From: Sphingomonadales bacterium
GTDB taxonomy: Bacteria > Pseudomonadota > Alphaproteobacteria > Sphingomonadales > Sphingomonadaceae
Length of the DNA stretch: 64,000 nucleotides
Assembly: GCA_031430995.1 (NCBI GenBank)
Contig: JANPCO010000131.1
Location: 25,155-89,154 of the forward strand
Reading direction: 5' to 3'
Positions 1 through 9,843 of this stretch are shown piece by piece. How positions within the stretch are numbered: position 1 is the stretch's first letter; each line of letters opens with the position of its first letter. The notes under the pieces were generated by a model. That model ran no database searches, was not told the DNA's origin, and was given only the letters and a program-made list of their open reading frames with translations. The position numbers and the translations under genes were made by a program.

Positions 1-902
1 GCAACAATCAAGTGAAGGCCCGCGACGCCCGTAAAGAAAAACAGCGCGGCATGGCCAATTCGCCGCATGCCGTAACGCTTGACGATATTAGCATTGAGCA
101 GCGACGCCGCCGCCATGCCGCCTGCCATGATCCCGAAACCGTAGGGAAGAAAATCTGCACGCCCGAACGTCTTGTCAAAAACCTGCTGAACCGACATCAG
201 AAACCCGAACAGCGCGCAGGAAATGATGGCAATGGCAATGCTATAGCCCAGCGACATCCGGTTGGTCAGCACGATCCGCGCGCTTTCCATCACATTGGCC
301 CGCGTGATTGTGCGGCGATTTTCAGGCGCTAGCGAGTCCGGAAGTCGCGCCAAGACCCACAGCCAGATGAGCGCGCCGATCAAAGCCAGTGCCCCAAAAA
401 TCCAGCGCCACGGACCAAATTCTAATATCATTTGCCCCATGAACGGCGCGAGGATGGGTGCGGCCATGAAAATCATGCTGGCCAGACTCATCACTTGTGC
501 CATGTCGCGGCCCTCATACCGGTCCCGCACCATGGATGTGACGAGCACTCGTGCGCCTGCACAGGCAAAGCCCTGCGCCACACGGGCCAGCAACAAAATC
601 TCAAATGTGGGGGCAAGCGAAGCGGCAAAGCTGGTCAGCGCGAATCCGAACAGCGACCATAGCATCAGCCCGCGCCTGCCGTAACGATCTGAAATAGTGC
701 CGACAAACAATTGCGCGACGCCAAACCCGAGCAGGAAAGCCGCAATGATGAGCGGATAGCGGCTTTCATCCCCCACCCCCAATGACGCTGCAATGGCCGG
801 CACAGCTGGAAGCATCGAATCAATCGCGAAAGCCACAATCATCATGACTGTGGAAATCAGGATCACAAATTCAGTCCGGCCAGGGCCAGTTGGCGTCGTC
901 AT
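1..902 (-). CDS. MFS drug efflux transporter, Bcr/CflA (DHA1)-like; C-terminal part runs off the window
   Basis: My own minus-strand translation from the ATG at complement 900-902 reads MTTPTGPGRTEFVILISTVMMIVAFAIDSMLPAVPAIA...GTISDRYGRRG...LLARVAQGF. The frame is open to position 1. It is absent from the ORF track because no stop lies in the window. The DRYGRR loop motif and hydrophobic periodicity are typical of a 12-TMS MFS exporter. Confidence 0.8.
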   Translation of the reverse strand, partial: MTTPTGPGRTEFVILISTVMMIVAFAIDSMLPAVPAIAASLGVGDESRYPLIIAAFLLGFGVAQLFVGTISDRYGRRGLMLWSLFGFALTSFAASLAPTFEILLLARVAQGFACAGARVLVTSMVRDRYEGRDMAQVMSLASMIFMAAPILAPFMGQMILEFGPWRWIFGALALIGALIWLWVLARLPDSLAPENRRTITRANVMESARIVLTNRMSLGYSIAIAIISCALFGFLMSVQQVFDKTFGRADFLPYGFGIMAGGMAAASLLNANIVKRYGMRRIGHAALFFFTGVAGLHLIV

Positions 903-973
903 GGTGTTGGGGGAGGTCATACCGTTGGCCTTATGCTGCACTGCGGCAGATGGCAAATGATGAGCGTCCCGGC

Positions 974-2290
974 TTAGTCCGCAAACAGCAGGACTGGCGT
1001 CTCCAGCAGCTTCTTCACGGCCTGAACAAAACTGGCGGCATCCCAACCATCGACCACCCGGTGGTCGCAACTGATCGACAAGTTCATCAACTTCGCCGCG
1101 ACAATTTCCCCGTCCCGGATGACCGGGCGCTCGACGATCTTGTTGGGTCCGATGATCGCAACTTCGGGTCGGTTGATGACAGGCGTCGTTGCAATGCCAC
1201 CCAGGGCCCCCAGCGACGTGAGAGTGAGCGTTGAACCGGATAGCTCCTCAGATTTCGCTTTACCAGCCCGCGCCGCATCCGCCAGTCGCGCAATTTCGGA
1301 TGCCAGTTGCCAGATATTGCGGCCTTGCGCGTCGCGGATCACTGGCACCATCAGACCGCTGTCCGTCTGCGTCGCCAGCCCCAGATGCACGCTGCCGTGC
1401 CGCGTTACAACGCCAGCCTCATCATCATAGCGGGCGTTAATCATCGGAAAATCAGGAATCGCCTTGCAAATGGCCACGATCAAGAGCGGCAAGAGGGAGA
1501 GTTTGGGCCGCTGACCTCTGTGGGTGTTCAGATCGCTGCGCATATCCTCCAGCTGCGTCACATCAATTTCTTCGACATAGGTAAAATGCGGGATGTGGCG
1601 TTTGGACGCAGCCATATTTTCGGCAATGCGACGGCGCATGCCAATGACCTTAATCGCTTCATCGGCACGGCGGGGACCAGCAGCGGCAAAGCCCTGGCCA
1701 GCATGGTAGGTGAGGAAAGCATCCAGATCGCTGTGCCGGACACGGCCGCCGTCGCGTGCCTTCACTTGAGTGAGATCAACGCCCAATTCCACCGCGCGCG
1801 CGCGAACGGCGGGGCTGGCCAGTGCTTGCGCAGACGGCATTGGCACAGTGATAGGGATGGCTTCTGGATGAGGCTCAGGGATGAAATGCTGCGGCGCGAT
1901 TTCGTCTTCGCCGTTCGTGTCGAGCGAAGTCGAGACACTCTCTGCCGCTTCCGCACCGCTCAGGCTGAGCTTGTCGAAGCCCTTCTCTCTTGAGCCCACC
2001 AACCCTTCGACAGGCTCAGGGTGAGCGGATGGGGGAGTTTCCTCCCCCTCAACCTCAATAACCAGCAACGTCGAACCAATGGGGATCATATCCCCCTCAA
2101 CCCCGGCAACTTCGATGACGATACCCGAAACCGGCGATTCCATTTCGACAGTCGCTTTGTCCGTCATCATATCGGCCACGCCCTGATCTTCAGATACGCG
2201 GTCGCCGACCTTCACATGCCAAGCGACGATTTCTGCCTCGGCAATGCCTTCGCCAATGTCGGGCAAGCGGAATTCAAAGCGCGCCATCAT
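974..2290 (-). CDS. bkdB: Dihydrolipoamide acyltransferase (E2) of the branched-chain 2-oxoacid dehydrogenase complex
   Basis: It has a lipoyl domain (TDKATVEMESP), a subunit-binding domain (ASPAVRARAVELGVDL) and a catalytic DHRVVDG motif. The start was moved from the track GTG (2308) to the ATG at 2290 or 2287, because GAGGAGG lies just upstream on the coding strand. Confidence 0.9.
   Translation of the reverse strand: MMARFEFRLPDIGEGIAEAEIVAWHVKVGDRVSEDQGVADMMTDKATVEMESPVSGIVIEVAGVEGDMIPIGSTLLVIEVEGEETPPSAHPEPVEGLVGSREKGFDKLSLSGAEAAESVSTSLDTNGEDEIAPQHFIPEPHPEAIPITVPMPSAQALASPAVRARAVELGVDLTQVKARDGGRVRHSDLDAFLTYHAGQGFAAAGPRRADEAIKVIGMRRRIAENMAASKRHIPHFTYVEEIDVTQLEDMRSDLNTHRGQRPKLSLLPLLIVAICKAIPDFPMINARYDDEAGVVTRHGSVHLGLATQTDSGLMVPVIRDAQGRNIWQLASEIARLADAARAGKAKSEELSGSTLTLTSLGALGGIATTPVINRPEVAIIGPNKIVERPVIRDGEIVAAKLMNLSISCDHRVVDGWDAASFVQAVKKLLETPVLLFAD
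1910..2029. repeat. Palindromic repeat (family C core CTGAGCYTGTCGAAG) lying in frame inside the bkdB inter-domain linker
   Basis: The arms 1958-1979 (gctcaggctgagcttgtcgaag) and 2005-2026 (cttcgacaggctcagggtgagc) are inverted repeats with 19/22 matching. The same core recurs at 41610-41624, 41693-41707 and 60065-60080. Confidence 0.7.
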
Positions 2291-2303
2291 TGCCTCCTCG
2301 ATT

Positions 2304-2413
2304 GTCACCCTGAACTTGGTTCAGGGTCCATGCCGCAATGCCTCTCCAACTCTGGATGGTTCGACGCTGGCTCAAAGTTTGAGGCATGGATGCTGAAACG
2401 AGTTCAGCATGAC
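2304..2413. repeat. Intergenic palindromic repeat, family A, copy 1 (between bkdA2 and bkdB)
   Basis: The ends gtcaccctgaacttggttcagggtccatgcc ... ggcatggatgctgaaacgagttcagcatgac are inverted repeats of each other. They are nearly identical to the ends of the element at 16945-17023. Confidence 0.85.
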
Positions 2414-2428
2414 TATGGTGTTCCATCA

Positions 2429-3442
2429 TCAGTCCTTCATCACTTTTTCAATCGCCATGCCAATGCGAATAGGCCCCGGAAAATAGGCCCATTCCAGACT
2501 GTGCGGATAAGGCGTGTCGAACCCGGTCACGCGCTCTACCGGAGCCTCCAGATGATAGAAGCAGCGTTCCTGAATGAGGGCGGAAAGTTCGGCTCCGAAC
2601 CCGCCGGTCCGCGTCGCTTCGTGGATAATGAGGCAGCGGCCCGTTTTTTTCACGGATGCTTCGATCGTCTCGATATCGAGCGGAATAAGCGTGCGCAGGT
2701 CAATGACATCTGCATCAACACCCAGTTCCTCAACCGCCGCCAGACCGACATGGACCATCGAGCCATAAGCAATCACAGTCAGATCAGTGCCTTCGCGCAC
2801 CATCTGCGCTTTGCCCAGCGAAATGGTGTAATGCCCTTCGGGCACTTCGCTTGCCGGATGCTTGGCCCAGGGCTGGACCGGGCGATCATAATGGCCATCA
2901 AACGGGCCGTTATAAATCCGCTTGGGCTCAAAAAAAATCACAGGATCATTATCCTCAATCGCGGCGAGCAGCAGCCCCTTGGCATCATAGGGGGTAGAGG
3001 GAATGACCGTTTTCAGGCCGCACACATGAGTGAAAATCCCCTCAGGCGACTGGCTGTGGGTTTGCCCGCCGAAAATGCCGCCGCCAAAGGGAGACCGCAC
3101 CGTAATCGGCATTTGCCACTGCCCAGCAGAGCGATAGCGGATGCGCGCGGCTTCGCTCACCAACTGGTCAAGTGCGGGGTAGATATAGTCGGCAAACTGA
3201 ATTTCCGGCACGGGACGCAGGCCGTAAGCGGCCATGCCCACTGCTACGCCAATGATGCCGCATTCCGTGATCGGCGTATCAAAACTGCGGGTCTTGCCGT
3301 ATTTTTGCTGGAGGCCAGCGGTCGCGCGAAACACGCCGCCAAAATAGCCGACATCCTCGCCGAACACGACGACGTCCGGGTCTGCACCCATCGCCACGTC
3401 CATTGCGCTGTTGATGGCTTCGATCATGTTCATGACGGCCAT
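2429..3442 (-). CDS. bkdA2: 2-oxoisovalerate dehydrogenase E1 beta subunit
   Basis: The 337-aa protein looks like a transketolase-type E1 beta subunit. It sits in operon context between E1 alpha and E2. Confidence 0.9.
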   Translation of the reverse strand: MAVMNMIEAINSAMDVAMGADPDVVVFGEDVGYFGGVFRATAGLQQKYGKTRSFDTPITECGIIGVAVGMAAYGLRPVPEIQFADYIYPALDQLVSEAARIRYRSAGQWQMPITVRSPFGGGIFGGQTHSQSPEGIFTHVCGLKTVIPSTPYDAKGLLLAAIEDNDPVIFFEPKRIYNGPFDGHYDRPVQPWAKHPASEVPEGHYTISLGKAQMVREGTDLTVIAYGSMVHVGLAAVEELGVDADVIDLRTLIPLDIETIEASVKKTGRCLIIHEATRTGGFGAELSALIQERCFYHLEAPVERVTGFDTPYPHSLEWAYFPGPIRIGMAIEKVMKD

Positions 3443-4692
3443 TTGCGCATCCTTTCGGCCATCATCTGCGCGGATTGCTCCTTCAAATGCCAGGGCTGTT
3501 CCTCAAAAATATCCTCAAACATGGTCTCGAACGGTTGATGCAGACCGTGGCCAAGGATGCCGTTTTTCTCGGCTTCCTTTTGCGCGGCCTTCACTTGTGT
3601 CGCCAGCTCCAGATCCATCGCGGCGTGGCGGCCGTCATCCCATTCGTCAGTGGCAATCAGATGCGCCTTTAACCGCGCAATCGGATCACCCAGCGGCCAT
3701 TTGACGCCTTCTTCAGTGGATCGATAGGCGCTGGGATCATCCGACGTCGAATGCCCTTCGGCTCGGTAAGTAAAATGTTCGATCAGCGTCGGCCCGTGGT
3801 TGGTCCGTGCCCGTTCCGCTGCCCAAGCTGTCGCGGCATAAACGGCAAGCGGATCATTGCCGTCAATCCGCAGGCCGGCAATCCCGTATCCAATCGCGCG
3901 CGCCGCAAAGGTGGTCGCTTCGCCGCCGGCAAAGCCGGAAAAGCTGCTGATTGCCCATTGGTTGTTCACCACATTGAAAATACAAGGCGCGCGGTAGACG
4001 GTGGCAAATGTCATCGCGGCGTGGAAATCCCCTTCCGCTGTTGATCCTTCCCCGCACCAGGCCGCCGCAATGCGGGTATCGCCGCGTGAGGCACTGGCCA
4101 TGGCCCAGCCGACAGCTTGGGGCAATTGCGTCGTCAGATTGCCAGAGATCGTGAAGAAGCCGTACTGCGGAAAGCCGTACATGATCGGCAATTGCCGACC
4201 TTTGAGGGCATCCCCGCGGTTGGAGTAAATCTGGTTCATCATATCAACCATCGGGCACCCGCGCGCGATGAGCAGCCCCTGCTGGCGGTAGGAGGGGAAG
4301 CACATATCATCATCCGCCATCGCGTGCGACGCTGCCACTGCAACAGCCTCTTCGCCCAGGCATTTCATGTAAAAGCTGGTTTTCCCCTGCCGCTGGGCGC
4401 GGAACATCCGATCATCAAAGGCGCGGGTTAACGCCATATCGCGCAGGATTTTGCGTTTCGCATCGGGCGACAGGATGGGGTTCCACGGACCGACTGCTTG
4501 TCCGGCATCGTCCAACACCCGCACCAAACCAAAGGCCATATCCCGCATATCATGCACCGGTGTAACGCTGTCGGGACGCGGCGTCACGCCAGCAGGCAAG
4601 ACATCAATGTGGGAAAAGTCGGCTTCTTCACCGGGCCGTGCAGGCGGCTCTGGAATATGGAGCTGCATAGGCGGCAGATTCGACTGTGTCAT
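3430..4692 (-). CDS. bkdA1: 2-oxoisovalerate dehydrogenase E1 alpha subunit
   Basis: The 420-aa protein is a TPP-dependent E1 alpha type (FYMKCLGEEA..., GEGSTAEGDFH). Its stop overlaps the bkdA2 start. Confidence 0.9.
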   Translation of the reverse strand: MTQSNLPPMQLHIPEPPARPGEEADFSHIDVLPAGVTPRPDSVTPVHDMRDMAFGLVRVLDDAGQAVGPWNPILSPDAKRKILRDMALTRAFDDRMFRAQRQGKTSFYMKCLGEEAVAVAASHAMADDDMCFPSYRQQGLLIARGCPMVDMMNQIYSNRGDALKGRQLPIMYGFPQYGFFTISGNLTTQLPQAVGWAMASASRGDTRIAAAWCGEGSTAEGDFHAAMTFATVYRAPCIFNVVNNQWAISSFSGFAGGEATTFAARAIGYGIAGLRIDGNDPLAVYAATAWAAERARTNHGPTLIEHFTYRAEGHSTSDDPSAYRSTEEGVKWPLGDPIARLKAHLIATDEWDDGRHAAMDLELATQVKAAQKEAEKNGILGHGLHQPFETMFEDIFEEQPWHLKEQSAQMMAERMRKWPS

Positions 4693-4749
4693 ACCGCTTG
4701 TAATAAAATTACGCGGGGCGATTAGCCAGCGGTTTCTGATGAGGGAACG

Positions 4750-6282
4750 TCAGTAGGTCTGCACCGGCAAATGATCATCGTCGATTGCGTCGCTAAACCG
4801 CGTGATCCGCGCATCGAACCGCATTTTCACTTTGCCCGTCGCGCCGTGGCGCTGCTTGGCGATGATCAGTTCTGAAATGCCCGCCACATCTTCCAGTTCA
4901 CGCGTGTATTTGGCGTAATCGTCGATAATCTTGGCATCGTCATTGGCATCAAAGTTGGGCCGTTTGGGTTCGCGGCCCATCACATAATATTCCTCACGGT
5001 AAACAAACATCACGATATCCGCGTCTTGTTCGATTGAGCCGGATTCGCGTAAATCCGACAGTTGCGGGCGCTTGTCTTCGCGCTGTTCAACCGCGCGGCT
5101 CAACTGGGAGAGCGCCAGCACAGGCAATTGCAATTCCTTGGCCAGCGTTTTGAGGCCGCGGCTGATTTCAGAGATTTCCTGCACGCGGTTGTCACTGCCA
5201 TTGCGGCCTGACCCCTGCAAAAGCTGGAGGTAATCAACGATGATCAGGCCAATGCCGTGCCGCCGTTTAAGCCTGCGGGCGCGCGTGCGGAGCGCCGCAA
5301 TGGTCAGGCCCGGCGTGTCATCAATGAACAGCGGCAACGCTTCAAGATCGGCGGCTGCCTTGGCCAAGTTGCGAAACTCGGTCTGGCCAAATTTGCCCAT
5401 GCGCAGATTTTCGCCACTGATGCCGGATTGTTCAGACAGGATACGCGTCGCCAACTGATCAGCGGACATTTCAAGGCTGAAAAACGCGACTTTGGCGCCG
5501 ACGGACTTTTCGGGCGGAATGCCGTCTTCAGCGTCACGCATCCAGCGCATGGCCGCATTATAGGCAAAGTTGGTCGCAAGTGCTGTCTTCCCCATGCCCG
5601 GGCGACCAGCAAGAATCAGCAGATCCGAATTGTGCAGCCCGCCCATTTTAGCGTTCACACTATCAAGCCCAGTCGTGATGCCGGACAAATGCCCGCCAGA
5701 GTTTAACGCGCGTTCGGCCTGTTCAACGGCCATGCGGGTGGCCTGGCCAAAGCTTTTGACGCTTCCAGATTCGCCGCCTTGTTCAGCAACTTTATACAGC
5801 GCCATTTCGGCGGTTTCGATTTGATCCTTGGGCAGCACGGCTTCGCTGGTATCCAGAGCGCGCGTGGCCATTTCGCGGCCAACACTCACCAGTTCGCGTA
5901 GCAGGGCCAGGTCATAAATTTGTCGCGCAAAGTCACGCGCGCCAATCAGGGCCGCGCCGCTGCCGGTCAGTTGTGCGAGATAAGCCGGGCCGCCTAACGC
6001 CTTTATCGCGTCATCCGCCTCAAACATTGGTTTCAGAGTCACTGGGTTAGCAACCATGTTGCGATCAGCCAGCATCAGCACGGCGTCATAAATCCGGCCG
6101 TGCAGCGCTTCAAAAAAATGGTCCGCGCGCAGTTGCAACTGCACATCTTCGACCAGCCGATTGTCAATCATGAGCGCGCCTAACAGAGCAGCCTCAGCTT
6201 CAACATTGGAAGGCAGTTCAGGGCCACTATCGTTGGCACCACTGGTAAGAGGATTGTTTATGAGTCGGATCGGTTCGGCCAT
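4750..6282 (-). CDS. dnaB: Replicative DNA helicase DnaB
   Basis: It has the N-terminal EAEAALLGALM motif, a Walker A site (GRPGMGKT) and DnaB C-terminal motifs. Confidence 0.95.
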   Translation of the reverse strand: MAEPIRLINNPLTSGANDSGPELPSNVEAEAALLGALMIDNRLVEDVQLQLRADHFFEALHGRIYDAVLMLADRNMVANPVTLKPMFEADDAIKALGGPAYLAQLTGSGAALIGARDFARQIYDLALLRELVSVGREMATRALDTSEAVLPKDQIETAEMALYKVAEQGGESGSVKSFGQATRMAVEQAERALNSGGHLSGITTGLDSVNAKMGGLHNSDLLILAGRPGMGKTALATNFAYNAAMRWMRDAEDGIPPEKSVGAKVAFFSLEMSADQLATRILSEQSGISGENLRMGKFGQTEFRNLAKAAADLEALPLFIDDTPGLTIAALRTRARRLKRRHGIGLIIVDYLQLLQGSGRNGSDNRVQEISEISRGLKTLAKELQLPVLALSQLSRAVEQREDKRPQLSDLRESGSIEQDADIVMFVYREEYYVMGREPKRPNFDANDDAKIIDDYAKYTRELEDVAGISELIIAKQRHGATGKVKMRFDARITRFSDAIDDDHLPVQTY

Positions 6283-6307
6283 GTGCGAGACCCTAGGCCC
6301 GGTAGGA

Positions 6308-8068
6308 TCACAACCGCAAGGCCGCCGCTGCGGGAATAGTGGGGATAAGATCAGAAATCGAGACGGACCCTTTTACACGGGCTTTACCTTCTTTTTTGGC
6401 AGCATAAAGCGCTGCATCGGCGGCTTGCATCAGGTCTGCGACGCTTTCTCCGTGCTTGGGGCAGAGCGCATAGCCAAGGCTGGCCGAAACGGACACGCGG
6501 TCGCCGCCAATATCAGCCGGTGTGCAAAGGCTTGCCAATAGCGCAGTCGAGCGTGCAGAAATATCATTCTCATCTGCTGTATCCCGGAACAGCACGGCAA
6601 ATTCGTCACCACCCAGACGCGCAACAAGATCACGGGCTTTGCTATGATGCATCAGGCGCGCGCTAACGGTTTGGAGCAGCGCATCGCCCGCCAAATGGCC
6701 AAGCTGATCATTCACAGCTTTGAACCCGTCCAAATCAATCAGCGCAATGCCGAAACTTGAATCTTGCCTTGATTGATTCAGGGCATCATCAAAAGCCTGT
6801 TTGAAAGCCCGGTGGTTGGCAAGGCCCGTCAGCGAGTCAGCTGACGCCAATTCAAAGAGTGTCTGCGCGCGATCTTCAGCTTCATCCCGTTCTGATTGCA
6901 GCTGCCTCAACCGCCAGGCAAGGCCAACGGAACTGAGTGCACCTTCAAGAGAAATGGCCAGAAAGACGCTGGCATCAAGCGCCGCACTTTCAAACTGCAG
7001 CATCCCTAGCCCCCAGGCGATGCGGATAAGGATCACGGCAAGAGGCGCGGTCCATGCCAACGCGAAAAAACGCACGGCGATGCTGCCACGCCGCCACGCG
7101 ATCGCGCAGTTGGCGAGCAGCAACACCAGCGAAGTTAAGTAAAGGGAGTAATCAAACCGGTCAGCAATCTGCCACGGAATGGGCGGGTCCGACAGGCGCA
7201 GAAAACTGGTCACGACAAGCACAGTCACAACGATTTTCATCAGCTTCATCAGGCGCGGGCTTGTCATTCCTTCTTCAAGAAACGCACTGACATAGAGCAT
7301 CGTCCCAAAAAAGCAGAGCGCGATGGAAAATACGCTCAGATCAAACTGAAACGCCGTTGAAAGATCTGGAAACGGCCACAACAGAAGGTTTGACCAGACA
7401 GCGCCGTAAAATAGATTGGCTGCAATCAGCGCACAATAAGCGGCCAGAACCCGGTACCGCAGGGCAAAAAACAGAGTGATGTTGTAAAAGAAAATCCCAA
7501 GCAACACACCAGCAAGCAGCCCAAAAGCAAGCTGGATGCCTGCCTTGTTTTCCATCGTGCGGTCACGGCTGGTGAGGCTGGCACGCGGCACCGGGCCGCG
7601 TCTGTTTTCCATCCCGTCGACACGCGCCAGCAAGGTGGTAATCTGGCCTGGCTCAGCTACAAAAGCAAAACGTTGCGTCTGGCCCCCCACTGAACGGCGC
7701 GCTTTTTCCTTAGACGTGAAGCTTTTGCGGATACGACCATCGCCGTAAGCAACCCAAACCTGTTCGTCACGCGTCTGGATAAGAGTATGATCATAAACCC
7801 ACCCCTGCGCGCCGTCGATGCCGGATTGTGTCAGATCATAGCGCACCCAAACCGTGTCTGCATCTGCAGACCGAGGATCGCGCGCGCAATCGAAACGCGA
7901 GTCTCCCTTGATTAGCTCTGCTGGGTCAGCGTCTGCGGCACCCAGGAGCACACACGGGTTTTGAAGGCGTAAATCACCATTCTTAGGCGCAGCAAAGGCA
8001 GGCGGCACTGCTACCCAAGCCAAACATAAAAGCAAGAAATGCAAAAGCCGCAAAGACCGTGTTCCCAA
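6308..8068 (-). CDS. Membrane diguanylate cyclase (7TMR-DISM-like sensor plus GGDEF domain)
   Basis: It has a signal peptide, a periplasmic domain, about 7 TM helices and a C-terminal GGDEF domain (RLGGDEFAVLF). Confidence 0.8.
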   Translation of the reverse strand: MGTRSLRLLHFLLLCLAWVAVPPAFAAPKNGDLRLQNPCVLLGAADADPAELIKGDSRFDCARDPRSADADTVWVRYDLTQSGIDGAQGWVYDHTLIQTRDEQVWVAYGDGRIRKSFTSKEKARRSVGGQTQRFAFVAEPGQITTLLARVDGMENRRGPVPRASLTSRDRTMENKAGIQLAFGLLAGVLLGIFFYNITLFFALRYRVLAAYCALIAANLFYGAVWSNLLLWPFPDLSTAFQFDLSVFSIALCFFGTMLYVSAFLEEGMTSPRLMKLMKIVVTVLVVTSFLRLSDPPIPWQIADRFDYSLYLTSLVLLLANCAIAWRRGSIAVRFFALAWTAPLAVILIRIAWGLGMLQFESAALDASVFLAISLEGALSSVGLAWRLRQLQSERDEAEDRAQTLFELASADSLTGLANHRAFKQAFDDALNQSRQDSSFGIALIDLDGFKAVNDQLGHLAGDALLQTVSARLMHHSKARDLVARLGGDEFAVLFRDTADENDISARSTALLASLCTPADIGGDRVSVSASLGYALCPKHGESVADLMQAADAALYAAKKEGKARVKGSVSISDLIPTIPAAAALRL

Positions 8069-8134
8069 GTCCGCATAGCATTGCGGAAGGGTCGTATAAG
8101 TCCAAACTGCTTGACAGGCCGTTAAGGCTTGCGA

Positions 8135-9778
8135 CTATTCAGCTGCGATACTCAGCGGTTCGGCTGGCAGTCCGTTGACGACGGCAGGCAGCAAACCGAA
8201 ATCCTGCGCAATCACCCGCGCCGTCATTTTGGCGGACATCATGACAGAGGGCGTGCCGCCGCCGGGTTGCGTGCCTTGGCCGACCAGATAAAGATTAGTG
8301 ACGTCTTCACTGCGGTTATGCGGGCGGAAGAAAGCGGTTTGAGTAAGGACCGGCTCAACCCCGAACCCGTTACCGGCATAACTGCCCAGCACCTCTTCGA
8401 AATAATTCGGCGTCACAAAACTCATATGGGCAAGGCGATCTTTAAGACCCGGTATATAACCCCGTTCGTCAAGGAAAGTCAGCACTTTGTCAGCAAAGGC
8501 ATCGCCAATCACATTCCAATCAAGGCCGCTCAAATTGTTGGGCACAGGGATCAGCGTATAGGCGGCATGATGGCCCTCTGGCGCAAGGCTGGGGTCAGTC
8601 AGCGTCGGGATGTGCAGATATTGCGAAAAATCATCGGATAGCTTCAGCCGGTCAAAAATATCCGTTAACAATCCCTCATAACGAGGGCCAAGGATGATAT
8701 TATGGTGCTGCAAATCAGGATCGCCGTCATGCTTTTTATAGCCGAAATAGATGACCATCAGCGACATCGATTGCTTGCGGAATTTAACCAGCGCATCGCG
8801 GTTAATCTTGCGGTGTTCCTTATCCACCAGTCGCAGATAAGTGTTGGCATAGTCCGCGTTGGAAACCACCACATCAGCATCGAGCACATCACCGTTTTTC
8901 AGCGTGATGCCTGTAGCCGTGCGCTTGCGGCCTTGCTTGACCACATTGATCCGATCAACTTCGGCATTCAAGCGGACAGTGCCGCCCATATCTTCAAATT
9001 TCTTGAGCAGGCCAGACACGAGGGCACCAGTGCCGCCCTTCGCAAAATGAATGCCCCAGGTTTTTTCCACAAAATGGATCATTGCATAAATTGCGGGGAC
9101 TTTTAGCGGGTTACCGCCGACCAGCAGCGGTTCAAAACTGAAAACCTGCCGCATCTTGTCGCTTTTGAAATATTTCTTGATCAGCGAAAACAGCGGGCGA
9201 ATAGCGCCAAGCTTTACAAGGTCAGGCACGACCCCCAGCATGGACCCGATATTGCCAAAATAAGTGTAGCCCAGTTGCAAAAAGCCGCGTTCAAAAATGG
9301 CGCGCGCAGCTTCGTGGAAGCGTTCATAGCCTTCCAGATCTTCAGGCGCGAGGCGGGCAATCTGTTCGCGCACTTTGACCGGATCAGAATCGTAATCGAA
9401 ATAAGTGCCGTCATCAAAATAGATACGATAAAAAGGCAGGATCGGGACGATTTCAACATATTTGGATGTATTTGGTCCGCCGCTAATGCCGGAGAAGATG
9501 CGCTGATTATCTCCCAGGATATGAGCTGGGAAATCAGGTTCACCTAGCATAGCGCAATCTTGTTCGAGCGAGAATAGCTCTTCGATAAAATGCGGCACGG
9601 TAAGCACCGTCGGCCCCATATCAAAGACAAAGCCATCTGCCCGGCGCACATAGGCGCGGCCACCGGGACTATCGAGTTTTTCGACGATTTGCGTGTCAAA
9701 GCCCAGGCTTTGCAGCCGCATCGCGCAAGCAATGCCGCCAAAGCCGGAGCCGATTACAATTGCCTTTTGCCGCTGCAT
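8135..9778 (-). CDS. Phytoene desaturase family (CrtI/CrtD-like) FAD-dependent oxidoreductase
   Basis: It has an N-terminal dinucleotide-binding fold ([16 protein letters not shown]...[10 protein letters not shown]) and CrtI-like length and C-terminal motifs. No other crt genes are nearby. Confidence 0.7.
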   Translation of the reverse strand: MQRQKAIVIGSGFGGIACAMRLQSLGFDTQIVEKLDSPGGRAYVRRADGFVFDMGPTVLTVPHFIEELFSLEQDCAMLGEPDFPAHILGDNQRIFSGISGGPNTSKYVEIVPILPFYRIYFDDGTYFDYDSDPVKVREQIARLAPEDLEGYERFHEAARAIFERGFLQLGYTYFGNIGSMLGVVPDLVKLGAIRPLFSLIKKYFKSDKMRQVFSFEPLLVGGNPLKVPAIYAMIHFVEKTWGIHFAKGGTGALVSGLLKKFEDMGGTVRLNAEVDRINVVKQGRKRTATGITLKNGDVLDADVVVSNADYANTYLRLVDKEHRKINRDALVKFRKQSMSLMVIYFGYKKHDGDPDLQHHNIILGPRYEGLLTDIFDRLKLSDDFSQYLHIPTLTDPSLAPEGHHAAYTLIPVPNNLSGLDWNVIGDAFADKVLTFLDERGYIPGLKDRLAHMSFVTPNYFEEVLGSYAGNGFGVEPVLTQTAFFRPHNRSEDVTNLYLVGQGTQPGGGTPSVMMSAKMTARVIAQDFGLLPAVVNGLPAEPLSIAAE

Positions 9779-9843
9779 TTCTTTTGCCTTTACCGCTTCC
9801 TGATTCGGCTAATCGCTTCGCCGTCCGCATTCAATGGCAGAAT

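Noticed and set aside
262-684. Plus-strand ORFs of 140 and 76 aa at the left edge.
   Set aside because: They are antisense to the MFS transporter, whose minus-strand translation is continuous and shows clear MFS motifs.
2021-3538. A 505-aa plus-strand ORF, the longest unexplained ORF in the track.
   Set aside because: It lies antisense to bkdB, the family A repeat and all of bkdA2, which have unmistakable homology on the minus strand. Its Arg/His/Gly-rich composition is typical of antisense frames in GC-rich DNA.
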